The translations under genes were made by a program, and so were the position numbers. Shown here one piece after another: positions 54,530-63,253 of a stretch of DNA of 64,000 bases. The stretch is from Clostridiaceae bacterium (GTDB taxonomy: Bacteria; Bacillota; Clostridia; Saccharofermentanales; DTU023): positions 70,711-134,710 of the forward strand of contig DUVH01000024.1 in assembly GCA_012841145.1 (NCBI GenBank). The letters are read 5' to 3'. Every line of letters begins with the position of its first letter. Position 1 is the stretch's first letter. Under the pieces are notes generated by a model that ran no database searches, was not told the DNA's origin, and saw nothing but the letters and a program-made list of their open reading frames with translations.

Positions 54530-56833
54530 TCAACATGATGGAGGAACGTCAGGGTAGCGACGTCTCAACTCTTCGAGTTTTTCGACTGAAATCGATTCGC
54601 CGGCGCGACGTCCGCACCGCGGGCAGACGTCGTTGATGATGCCTGTATAACCGCAGACGGGATCTCGGTCGACGGGGTGATTGATCGAGCCGTAGCCCAT
54701 GCCCTTGTCTTTCATGAACAAGACGATGCGCTCAAAGGCGTCCAAGTTGTTCGCCATGTCGCCGTCAAGTTCAACGTAGCTGATGTGCCCCGCGTTCGTC
54801 AGCGCATGGTATGGCGCCTCGCGGCAGATTTTCTCCGCCGCCGTGATCGGGAAGTAAACAGGGACATGGAACGAGTTCGAATAGAAGTCGTGATCCGTGA
54901 TCCCGTGAAGCTCACCGTATCGCTTCCTGTCAATACGGAGGAAACGTCCGGATAGTCCTTCTGCCGGCGTGGCGAGCAACGTATAGTTGAGTCCTTCCAA
55001 TCGGCTTTGCTCATCGCAGCGCTTTCTCATATGGCGGACGATGGCGAGGCCCAACTCCTGACTCGCTGCGCTCTCGCCGTGGTGCATTCCCGTCAGCGCC
55101 ACGAGCGTCTCCGCGAGCCCGATAAAACCGACACTCAGCGTTCCGTGCCTGAGCACCTCACCGACCTCCTCGTCCACGCGAAGATCATCAGAGCCGATCC
55201 ACACACCCTGTCCCATCAGGAACGGGTAATTGTAGACGCGCTTTTTGCGCTGGATGTCAAACCGGTGCTTCAGCTGGCGGAAGACAAGGTCGAATTTCTT
55301 GTCGAGCGCTGTGAAGAAATTCTCGATCGAGCCGCGCGCTTCAATGCCGAGCCGCGGGAGGTTGATCGACGTGAATGAGAGATTGCCGCGCCCTTTCGTC
55401 ACTTCACGGTCGGGATCGTAGAAATTGCCGATCACACGTGTGCGGCATCCCATGTAAGCGACCTCCGTGTTGGGGTCACCTTCGCGGTAGTAGGGAAGGT
55501 TAAAGGGGGCGTCGAGGAAACTGAAGTTCGGGAACAGACGCTTCGACGATGTCTTGATCGCTTTTTGGAAGAGGTCGTAGTTCGGATCACCGGGCGTATT
55601 CACACCCTCTTTCACCTTGAAGATCTGTACGGGGAAGATCGGCGTCTCACCGTTCCCGAGTCCCTCGAGCGTCACCTCGAGCAATTCCGCGATCACCATC
55701 CGCCCGGCTTCCGAAGTGTCGGTTCCGTAATTGAGCGAGCTAAAAGGGACTTGAGCGCCGGCGCGCGAGTTCATCGTGTTCAGATTATGGACGAGCGCCT
55801 GCATCGCCTGATTCGTATCGGTCCTTGTCCGCTCGAGAGCGAGTTCGAGGATACGGTCGATCGACTCAGACGTGCGTCCGTTCAGGAGCTCAACAAGATC
55901 TTGCCTGAGGGAAGGAGCATCTTCCAGTCTTTCGACCTTCTCCACACGCTTCGTAACTTCCTCAATGTCGATGTCTTCGCCTGTAAGCGAAGCCCAACCC
56001 GACAAGATACCGAGAACTCTTTTCCTGTACGTCTTGATCACGCCGGGCGCCATTGCGTAATCGAAATCGGGAATCGACTGACCGCCGTGCATCTCATTCT
56101 GGTTCGCCTGAAGAGCGATGCACGCGAGCGCCGCGTAACTGTTGATGCTCTGCGGTTCACGCAGGTAACCGTGCCCCGTTGAGAATCCGTCGTGAAACAA
56201 CTTCTGCAAATCGATCTGGCAGCACGTCTCCGTCAACATGTAGAAATCTTTGTCGTGGATGTGGATGTCGCCGGCCGTGTGCGCTTCTTCGATCTCCTCC
56301 GGAAGGATGTAGCGATCGATAAAATACTTGGAACCTTCCGAACCGTACTTGAGCATCGTGCCCATCGCCGTGTCGGCGTCGATGTTCGCGTTCTCGCGTT
56401 TCATGTCGACATCGTGGGAACTCGCGAACGTCATATCCTGATACAGTTTCATAAGATCGTCGACGGAATCGCGTCGGCGCGTGTGCTCCTCGCGGTAGAT
56501 GATGAAGGCTTTCATCGTACGGAATAGCCGCTCGGAAAAGAGCGTGTATTCTACAATATCCTGTATCTCTTCGACAGAAGGTGTCTCCGACGATATCGAT
56601 GCAATGACCGTATCGGTCATCCGGTCGAGAACGTCGTCCGACACGAATTCACTCGGAATGGAGCGGTTCGCCAGCTCCATCGCGCGCCTGATCTTAGAGC
56701 GGTCGAAAGAAGCGAGCGTGCCGTCGCGCTTGATCACGTGCGTCGGGACTGTAGGCGTCATAACGTGCAGGACGCTGCCTTCTTCTCTATCGGTTACTGA
56801 TTGTCTGTGCAAAACACTGCCGTAAAGCGACAT
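54530..56833 (-). CDS. nrdD: Anaerobic ribonucleoside-triphosphate reductase large chain, lacking the glycyl-radical C-terminus
   Basis: ATP-cone VIKRDGTLASFDRSKIRRAM, plus NTMNSRAGAQVPFSSLNYG, AYMGCRTRV and FTSINLPRLG. It ends 20 aa or so after CPRCGRR at a TGA. Start 56833 (GAGAGGA RBS) is preferred over the track start 56914. Confidence 0.9.
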   Translation of the reverse strand: MSLYGSVLHRQSVTDREEGSVLHVMTPTVPTHVIKRDGTLASFDRSKIRRAMELANRSIPSEFVSDDVLDRMTDTVIASISSETPSVEEIQDIVEYTLFSERLFRTMKAFIIYREEHTRRRDSVDDLMKLYQDMTFASSHDVDMKRENANIDADTAMGTMLKYGSEGSKYFIDRYILPEEIEEAHTAGDIHIHDKDFYMLTETCCQIDLQKLFHDGFSTGHGYLREPQSINSYAALACIALQANQNEMHGGQSIPDFDYAMAPGVIKTYRKRVLGILSGWASLTGEDIDIEEVTKRVEKVERLEDAPSLRQDLVELLNGRTSESIDRILELALERTRTDTNQAMQALVHNLNTMNSRAGAQVPFSSLNYGTDTSEAGRMVIAELLEVTLEGLGNGETPIFPVQIFKVKEGVNTPGDPNYDLFQKAIKTSSKRLFPNFSFLDAPFNLPYYREGDPNTEVAYMGCRTRVIGNFYDPDREVTKGRGNLSFTSINLPRLGIEARGSIENFFTALDKKFDLVFRQLKHRFDIQRKKRVYNYPFLMGQGVWIGSDDLRVDEEVGEVLRHGTLSVGFIGLAETLVALTGMHHGESAASQELGLAIVRHMRKRCDEQSRLEGLNYTLLATPAEGLSGRFLRIDRKRYGELHGITDHDFYSNSFHVPVYFPITAAEKICREAPYHALTNAGHISYVELDGDMANNLDAFERIVLFMKDKGMGYGSINHPVDRDPVCGYTGIINDVCPRCGRRAGESISVEKLEELRRRYPDVPPSC

Positions 56834-56894
56834 TGCTATCGTCCTCTCTCTTCTCCACACATACACCATGTAGTGGCCGGTCAGAAAGGAAGAT

Positions 56895-56909
56895 ACCACA
56901 TATTGTGGT
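56895..56909. promoter_or_regulatory. Candidate NrdR box
   Basis: Palindrome ACCACA-TAT-TGTGGT about 60 nt upstream of the nrdD start, resembling the ACAC-AT-rich-GTGT NrdR operator. A convincing second box was not found. Confidence 0.4.
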
Positions 56910-57231
56910 TGCAAACCAGTCGCTTCATATTACAGTTTTGTGACATGACGCTCTTTTTTCGATTTTTTCGGCTCTTACGTTCTAGGAGTTTATACCGCCT
57001 CCTGTACAGTTGATCGTCGGAAGGGTGATCTTGATATCGAACTTCCGTCGATCGTGGTAAAATGAAGCAAAAGTCGCTGCTATAACTCTCTTGCGGCAAC
57101 TCGTTATCATTTCTTTTAAGATATCTCGGCAATGTGATGCCGTGAAATCTGCAGATGGAGTACCGGAGACGTCGCGGCACTTTGCTTTCCATATACGTCG
57201 ATTAATCGTGTAAGGAAACTGTAAAGAAACC

Positions 57232-58200
57232 ATGGATAAATACATCGAGACAGCGCTTGTTATTGTCAACCCGCAGGCAGGACGACGCGGAGCGATCGAT
57301 TCAGCCGATCTGCTGATTGAAGAGTTCCGAAACGGGGGCGTTCGATCACACAAGCGGAAGACTTCCGGTATTAGCGACGCTCGTGACATTGCGTTCAATG
57401 AGGCGGGACAATACGACCTCGTCGTCGCATGCGGAGGCGACGGAACGCTCTCCGAAGTCGTCGCGGGACTCATGCGGCTTGACTCCCCGCCTCCGGTCGG
57501 TTTTTTACCTGTAGGATCTACGTGTGATGTCGCGCGAACTTTCGAGATCTCCTCAAACCCGAGACAAGCGGCGCGTGATATTCTGCTCGGCACCTCGTTC
57601 GCGATCGATATCGGGCACGTGTCGGGATCAACGCCCATCCTGCGCGACGATCTGCCCGAAGGTGTCGTGCCCCAATCTAGAGAACAGCTGCCCGATTACT
57701 TCACTTACATCGCAAGCTTCGGAGCTTTTACCGAGACGTCGTATGCGACAAGACGCGCCTTAAAGAAGATGCTCGGCCATTTTGCGTACGTTCTGACAGG
57801 CCTTCAATCGGTTATCGACATCGCACCGATGGAAGTGGATGTTAAGATCGACGGCGTCGACTATTCAGGCACTTATATTTTCGGGGGCGTCGTCAACTCT
57901 TTTTCCGTAGGCGGCATGATCAGACTCGATGACGTCATCTTTGACGACGGTTTTTTTGAAGTGATGCTCGTCAAGCCGCCGCGCAATGTAGGACAGATCG
58001 CTAAACTCCTCTCGCGCCTTCTGAACCGCAAACAGACGCGTTCAATCATCAGGAAGAAAGCGCGCGAAGTCATCTTAGAGTTCAAAGAGCCCGTCTCGTT
58101 CACCGTCGACGGCGAATATGGCGGCACGAGGACAACGTGGCGCATCTACAATATTCCTTCCGCCATCAAACTGCGCGTCCACCATCCGCCCGAATCGTAA
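57232..58200 (+). CDS. Diacylglycerol/lipid kinase (DagK/YegS family)
   Basis: LVIVNPQAGRRG and VVACGGDGTLSEVV. Confidence 0.88.
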   Translation: MDKYIETALVIVNPQAGRRGAIDSADLLIEEFRNGGVRSHKRKTSGISDARDIAFNEAGQYDLVVACGGDGTLSEVVAGLMRLDSPPPVGFLPVGSTCDVARTFEISSNPRQAARDILLGTSFAIDIGHVSGSTPILRDDLPEGVVPQSREQLPDYFTYIASFGAFTETSYATRRALKKMLGHFAYVLTGLQSVIDIAPMEVDVKIDGVDYSGTYIFGGVVNSFSVGGMIRLDDVIFDDGFFEVMLVKPPRNVGQIAKLLSRLLNRKQTRSIIRKKAREVILEFKEPVSFTVDGEYGGTRTTWRIYNIPSAIKLRVHHPPES

Positions 58201-58225
58201 GAAATTCGCTGAGTACGGCTCGTTG

Positions 58226-59839
58226 TTATTTCCCGTAGTCGATCAGGTGATAATATTGCTTGTTCCCCGGCAGGTAAAAAAGCGGGTAGTTGAGCTCGTC
58301 GTTCGTATGCCCCGAGATCGTGGGCGATGAACCGGCGTTGCAAATCGAAACGGCGTGATTGAAATGACCGTCATAATCCCAGTCGATATGCACGATATCA
58401 CCGGGTTCGAGAGAGCCGCTGCCTTGCACGAGCACACCGCGCGGACCTTTATCTGTATTATTCCGAATGTATCGAGCAAAATTTCCCACGCTCGTCCACG
58501 ACGGTGTCCTCTTTTTCGTTCCGAAGTAATACCACTGTGCAGAGCCGACATTGTCCATTGGCGAACCGCCCGCGATAACGACTTGCGAACTGAAATTTTG
58601 GCAGTCTCCTCCATAATTGGAATAGTCGGCGTACTGCTTGTTGCGCCCGAGCGCCCACGTCGCTTGATACTGCCGCATCGCTTCGCGGTCGAACTGTCCC
58701 CGGTTCTCTCCGGTCGAAACGGGAACACTATCCGTCGCTGCCGACGCGTTTTTGTCCTTCGTAATATTATTCAGTTCCAGCTGGTAGCGTTGCGCAATCG
58801 AAGCGTCCGTGCATGTGAGCTTGAACTTTGCGGGCAAATCCTTCCCCGACTTGATCGCCCGATGCACATCCGAAGCTCTCGCCGTCCTAACTCTTTCAAA
58901 AAGTCCGAAATGCATATCGCGCGAGAGGAGCGACTTGATCTTCCATGCACCCTGTTCATTTACGAGCATGACAAGAAAACTATATCGCCCCGTCGACTTA
59001 ACGCCCGGGTTCGAGAACGAGCACGTCTCTGTCGAGCGGTAGGAAAGATAAGCCGTATCGGATTGAATACGCTCCGCAAGGAGATCAAGGCGGATAGACG
59101 CGCCGGAGGGGCCGAGGTTAAAGGTCTGACGCCGCTTCATGAGGAGATCGCGGCGCTTTGCCAGCAGATTCTGCAAGGTTCCCGTTCCGCTCGCGAAGAC
59201 GTCCATCTCAATCATGTCGCCGTGCGCACTGAAGCTCTTCACGAAGTATTCGCGCGCTACGGCGTCGGGAGAGTTGACGGCTGCAGGCGGTTCCGCGACG
59301 GCGGTCGTTGTAGAATCAGGAACCGCCGGAAGTGTCTCGGTCGCCACGGGTTCCGATATTACGGGAAGCACCTCGGTCGTCACGGGTTCCGATGTTATGG
59401 GAAGCGCCTCGGTCGTCACTTGTTCCGATGCGGGAATCGCGGACGTTTCGGTCGGAGAGGGCAACGTCGTTACCGTCGTTTTGGGAGAAGAGGGCGCCGT
59501 GCTTTTCTTTTTTGGTTTGCGCTTTGAAGTCGAAGTCGATGTTTTCGCTGCTGTTGTAGTAACCGTCGTTTCTTCGCTCGAAGCGGATGATGTCTCTGAG
59601 ACATCCTCGACCGTTGTGGTCGATGTCGCGGTACTTTCCGTTGTTGTGCTTAAGACAGGGGACGGCGCTTGAACCCTCTCTGTCCCGGACGTTGACGTCG
59701 TGCGGTCAGAAAAGATTAAGCTTCCCGGTGAATCATCGACCACGCGGTTCTGACAGGCATTGAGCGCCATAACGGAAAGAACAATGACAAGTACAAGGGC
59801 AAGAGCCGAAATCCTGCCTGCTTTAGATCGATTTATCAC
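58226..59839 (-). CDS. Lipoprotein with S/T/P-rich linker and C-terminal putative amidase (Amidase_6-like) domain
   Basis: GTG 59839 has AGGAG 7 nt upstream and gives the signal peptide (M)INRSKAGRISALALVLVIVLSVMALNAC. The C-terminus has GGDCQNFSSQVVIAGG...SWTSVGNF...PGDIVHIDWDYDGHFNH. The track start at 60013 is probably too early. Confidence 0.65.
   Translation of the reverse strand: MINRSKAGRISALALVLVIVLSVMALNACQNRVVDDSPGSLIFSDRTTSTSGTERVQAPSPVLSTTTESTATSTTTVEDVSETSSASSEETTVTTTAAKTSTSTSKRKPKKKSTAPSSPKTTVTTLPSPTETSAIPASEQVTTEALPITSEPVTTEVLPVISEPVATETLPAVPDSTTTAVAEPPAAVNSPDAVAREYFVKSFSAHGDMIEMDVFASGTGTLQNLLAKRRDLLMKRRQTFNLGPSGASIRLDLLAERIQSDTAYLSYRSTETCSFSNPGVKSTGRYSFLVMLVNEQGAWKIKSLLSRDMHFGLFERVRTARASDVHRAIKSGKDLPAKFKLTCTDASIAQRYQLELNNITKDKNASAATDSVPVSTGENRGQFDREAMRQYQATWALGRNKQYADYSNYGGDCQNFSSQVVIAGGSPMDNVGSAQWYYFGTKKRTPSWTSVGNFARYIRNNTDKGPRGVLVQGSGSLEPGDIVHIDWDYDGHFNHAVSICNAGSSPTISGHTNDELNYPLFYLPGNKQYYHLIDYGK
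59327..59434. repeat. Three in-frame 36-nt tandem repeats inside the lipoprotein linker
   Basis: Units at 59327, 59363 and 59399 encode (I/L)(T/S)SEPV(T/A)TE(V/T/A)LP-type repeats. Confidence 0.75.
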
Positions 59840-60057
59840 ATCGGTGCTCCTGTTTATATCTCTCACGGAAACTTCGAACCACGCATTCAAAACAATACGT
59901 TGCCGTTTCACATACTCTACGCAAAAGTATACACGAAGAGAGCTGAATGACAGCGTATGGACAAGAAGCACAAACGCTATTAACTTTGCAAAACAAGTCG
60001 GTTCGTGTATCATACAAAGTGGGTTTTACCTGAATCTATGATAAGGAGGTGCAATCA

Positions 60058-61101
60058 ATGTCTGACACGAAAATTCGACTGACGGAGTTGACCAAAGCAG
60101 GCGGTTGAGGTTCTAAAATAGGGCCGGCGGTCCTATCGGAACTTCTGTCCGGATTGCCCAAAGTGGTAGACGAGCGCCTCCTTGTCGGTTACGACTCCAG
60201 TGATGACGCTGCCGTCTATATCGCCTCGGAAGAGATTGCGATCATACAGACTCTCGATTTCTTCCCTCCTGTCGTAGACGACCCGTATGACTTCGGTCGT
60301 ATCGCGGCCGCGAATGCGCTCAGTGATGTATACGCGATGGGTGCCACCCCGACCACAGCATTGAACATGCTCTGCTTCTCAAATTGCCTCAGCTTATCCG
60401 TTGTACGCAAAATACTCGAAGGCGGTGCAGATAAATGCATGGAAGCCGGTGCGATCATCGCAGGCGGGCACAGTATAGAGGACGAGGAAGTCAAGTACGG
60501 ACTATCGGTGATGGGGCTCTGTCATCCTGACAAAATCAGGCGCAATGACACGCCGCGGCACGGAGACGTGCTCGTTCTGACGAAACCTCTCGGAACAGGA
60601 GCACTGTCAACGGCAGCGAAAGCAGACCTTCTCGAACCTGAAAGCGTACACTTGATGGTAGAGACGATGGCGAGACTCAACAAAAACGCTTGCGAAGCAT
60701 CCCTCTCGATGGATGTATCCGCGTCAACCGACATTACCGGATTCGGATTGATGGGACATGCGTCGGAGATGGCCGGAAAGGACGATGACACGACACTCGT
60801 CTTTGAGAGTCAAAGGATTCCTCTCCTTCCACAGGCGTTGGAAATGGCAACGGACGGCATCCTCCCCGCAGGAGCGTACCGCAACCGTTATTTCATCGGG
60901 GATCGCGCTACTTTCGCGGACGATGTGCCTCTCGCAATATCGGATTTGATGTTTGATCCTCAAACATCCGGCGGTCTCCTCCTCGCCATACGAGAAGAGG
61001 ACATCGAACCGTACAGAGACGCGATGCGTGCACTCGGCGAAGAAGCTTGGAGAGTCGGCAGAGTCTGCCCCTGGGAAGGCGCCCCTATCAAGGTCATCTG
61101 A
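60058..61101 (+). CDS. selD: Selenide, water dikinase (selenophosphate synthetase), selenocysteine-containing
   Basis: ATG 60058 with AAGGAGG upstream. MSDTKIRLTELTKAGG-U(TGA 60106-60108)-GSKIGP aligns with E. coli HGAGCGCKISP, placing Sec at the Cys17 position. It is in the same frame as track ORF 60154..61101 (DAAVY, FGRIAAANALSDVYAMG, DPQTSGGLL). Confidence 0.9.
60109..60143 (+). promoter_or_regulatory. SECIS-like hairpin immediately 3' of the selD UGA
   Basis: GGTTCT-aaa-ATAGG-gccggcggt-CCTAT-c-GGAACT. The lower stem has G.U ends, the upper stem is a perfect 5 bp, and the apical loop is G-rich. Confidence 0.65.
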
Positions 61102-61332
61102 TCGGTCATCCGGACGCCCCTATTTCACACCTAATTAAGCAATTACTTACTGACTGCTATTGGTCAAGGATCGTACGCGATCCTTCGCCAATATCTCGCG
61201 CGCTTGTAAAAGTACGGCGCGTTGAGCGGTTGTAAAAACGCCCGTGCGTTTTCGTCGAAGCGATCGCGATCAACAAAAGTGACGTCAAATACAAGAACGG
61301 ACTGTCACTAATACAAGAAACAAGGAGATCAT

Positions 61333-62430
61333 ATGAAAAAGAAAAATCTCATTGCCGTCATCGTGACAGGCGTCCTGCTCGGTTTTGCGGGCGTCTTCCT
61401 GATGATCAAAGGCAACCCCGGCAACATGGGCTTCTGTATCGCCTGCTTCCTGCGCGATATTGCAGGTGCGCTCAAGCTGCACACGGCGCCCGTTGTTCAG
61501 TACGTAAGACCGGAAGTCATCGGAATCATCTTCGGATCGTTCCTGATTTCACTCATCACCCGCGAGTTCCGCGCACGCGGCGGCTCATCGCCCTTGACCC
61601 GCTTCTTCCTCGGATTCATGGTCATGATCGGCGCGCTCGTGTTCCTCGGGTGCCCGCTGCGCATGGTTCTGCGTATGGCGGCAGGCGACTTGAACGCCTG
61701 GATCGGTCTCATCGGCTTCATGATCGGAGTCTTTGTCGGAACACTGTTCCTGCGTAACGGCTTCTCGCTCGGAAGAACGTACATGAAAAACCCTCTCGAG
61801 GGCGCAATCGTTCCCGTTCTGCAGATCCCGCTCTTCATCATGCTGCTGGTTGCGTCACCGTTGCTCGCCTTCTCTGAAAAAGGCCCCGGCTCCATGCACG
61901 CAGACATTTGGCTCGCGCTCATCCTTTCGCTCGCTGTCGGCGTAATCGGTCAGCGCTCACGTATCTGTATGGCGGGCGGTTTCCGCGACGTCTTCATGAT
62001 CAAGGAATTCCACCTTTTCTGGGGGAACATCGCGATTCTCGTCGTTGCGCTCGTCTACAACCTCATCAATTCAAGCTTCAAGCTCAGCCTCTTGCACCAG
62101 CCCGTCTCGCACAGCCAGTGGCTCTGGAACATCCTCGGTCTGTTCGTTGTCGGACTCGGATCGGTTCTGCTCGGCGGCTGCCCGATGCGTCAGCTCATCC
62201 TCTCAGGAACGGGCAATACCGACTCCGCCATTACTGTCATCGGCCTCGTCGCCGGTGCGGCATTTGCGCATAACTTCGGCTTGGCTTCAGGCGGAGACGT
62301 CTACGAAGAGGGAACGAGCATCATCACGGGCGGCGGAGCTTCCCCTGCCGGACGCATTGCCGCTATCGTCTGCATCGTCGTGATGCTTATCATCGGCTTT
62401 GCATACTCGAAGAAACCCAAGAAGGCATAA
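61333..62430 (+). CDS. yedE: YedE/YeeE-family selenium-metabolism membrane protein
   Basis: Polytopic, with GNPGNMGFCIACFLRDIAG near the N-terminus and a second half with GGCPMRQ. Located between selD and a TusA-like gene. Confidence 0.85.
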   Translation: MKKKNLIAVIVTGVLLGFAGVFLMIKGNPGNMGFCIACFLRDIAGALKLHTAPVVQYVRPEVIGIIFGSFLISLITREFRARGGSSPLTRFFLGFMVMIGALVFLGCPLRMVLRMAAGDLNAWIGLIGFMIGVFVGTLFLRNGFSLGRTYMKNPLEGAIVPVLQIPLFIMLLVASPLLAFSEKGPGSMHADIWLALILSLAVGVIGQRSRICMAGGFRDVFMIKEFHLFWGNIAILVVALVYNLINSSFKLSLLHQPVSHSQWLWNILGLFVVGLGSVLLGGCPMRQLILSGTGNTDSAITVIGLVAGAAFAHNFGLASGGDVYEEGTSIITGGGASPAGRIAAIVCIVVMLIIGFAYSKKPKKA

Positions 62431-62561
62431 TAATCGTCAAGGCGTTCGTTGCCGATGACCAGTCTTCCGGTCATTGGCAAAGCGAACAGAACGACACAAA
62501 TTATTATCCTTTGACAAAAAGCGTGAGATACACGCTCCAAAGAAAGAGAGAGATATAATCT

Positions 62562-62768
62562 ATGAAAACAGTTGATGCAAGAGGACTGTCTTGCCCGGAG
62601 CCGGTGCTCCTCGTAAGGCAGGCGATCGCAGAAGGCGAGTTCCCTTTCGTCGTACTCGTCGATGACGCGACGCCTAACGAAAACATCCGTCGATTCGCCA
62701 CGAACAACGGCCACAAGTTCGAAGTCGTTGAAGAGGCCGGCGAATACAAGTTTACGTTCACCAAGTAA
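62562..62768 (+). CDS. yedF: TusA/SirA-like sulfur/selenium carrier (YedF-like)
   Basis: 68 aa with MKTVDARGLSCPEPVLLV (the CPxP motif). Confidence 0.85.
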   Translation: MKTVDARGLSCPEPVLLVRQAIAEGEFPFVVLVDDATPNENIRRFATNNGHKFEVVEEAGEYKFTFTK

Positions 62769-62786
62769 ACGCGTTGTAAGTGATAA

Positions 62787-62822
62787 GGTCGCCGACGGTC
62801 CCTCACCTCACCGTCGGCGACC
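62787..62822. other. Perfect 12-bp GC-rich hairpin between the yedF-like and DUF3343 genes
   Basis: GGTCGCCGACGG-tccctcacctca-CCGTCGGCGACC, with no U-tract. Confidence 0.6.
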
Positions 62823-62851
62823 GCCACACGCGAAATCGAAAAAGGCATACG

Positions 62852-63091
62852 ATGGAATACATTGCGACATTTCACACACATTTCGGGGCATTTTCCTTCC
62901 TTCGACGATTGCAGGATATGGGCGATGAGGGTGCGACTATGATTCCCGCCCCGCGCAAATTATCTGTCTCATGCGGTTCGGCCGTTCGCTTCACCTTTGA
63001 GTTTGACGAGGACGCGATGGTCGACGATGACACGGAAGGTGTCTACCGCGTCGAAAACGATGACTACATCGAAATCTTCTCCAACCACTAA
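62852..63091 (+). CDS. DUF3343-family protein (putative Se/S carrier-like)
   Basis: MEYIATFHTHFGAFSFLRRLQDMG...IPAPRKLSVSCGSAVRF matches the DUF3343 pattern. ATG at 62852 (track start 62780). Confidence 0.7.
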   Translation: MEYIATFHTHFGAFSFLRRLQDMGDEGATMIPAPRKLSVSCGSAVRFTFEFDEDAMVDDDTEGVYRVENDDYIEIFSNH

Positions 63092-63253
63092 AAACAGACC
63101 GTCCCTTATTTGTTATGATTAGTTAAACTGAGGCGGATCCGTAAAGAGCCCGCCGGCAAGCGTGTGAATTCCGTTTCATTAAGCGGCACGTCGGACGCTG
63201 TTTGCCTATTGCCTGAACAAAACCGGAATTGACAGAAAATGAGGGCTGACCAT

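Noticed and set aside
54449-54532. Selenocysteine or stop-codon read-through joining nrdD to the downstream glycyl-radical ORF. nrdD ends in TGA, the organism has Sec machinery, and the two ORFs share a frame.
   Set aside because: The next in-frame codons are CGA ACA TAA, and four more in-frame stops follow before the ATG. No single recoding event can bridge the gap.
56910-57231. Cobalamin riboswitch in the nrdD leader (a GCCACTA string near 56865 resembles the B12 box).
   Set aside because: This is an isolated 7-mer resemblance only, with no surrounding conserved cobalamin-riboswitch core.
56881-57638. Minus-strand ORFs 56881..57192 (103 aa) and 56982..57638 (218 aa) in or over the nrdD / lipid-kinase divergent region.
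   Set aside because: The second is antisense to the well-supported DagK-family gene. Both have Arg/Ser-rich, motif-free translations and no RBS.
63092-63253. tRNA-Sec (selC) between the DUF3343 gene and selA.
   Set aside because: There is no T-loop (GGTTCGA-type) or long acceptor/extra-arm structure. There is only a short GGCGG...CCGCC hairpin.
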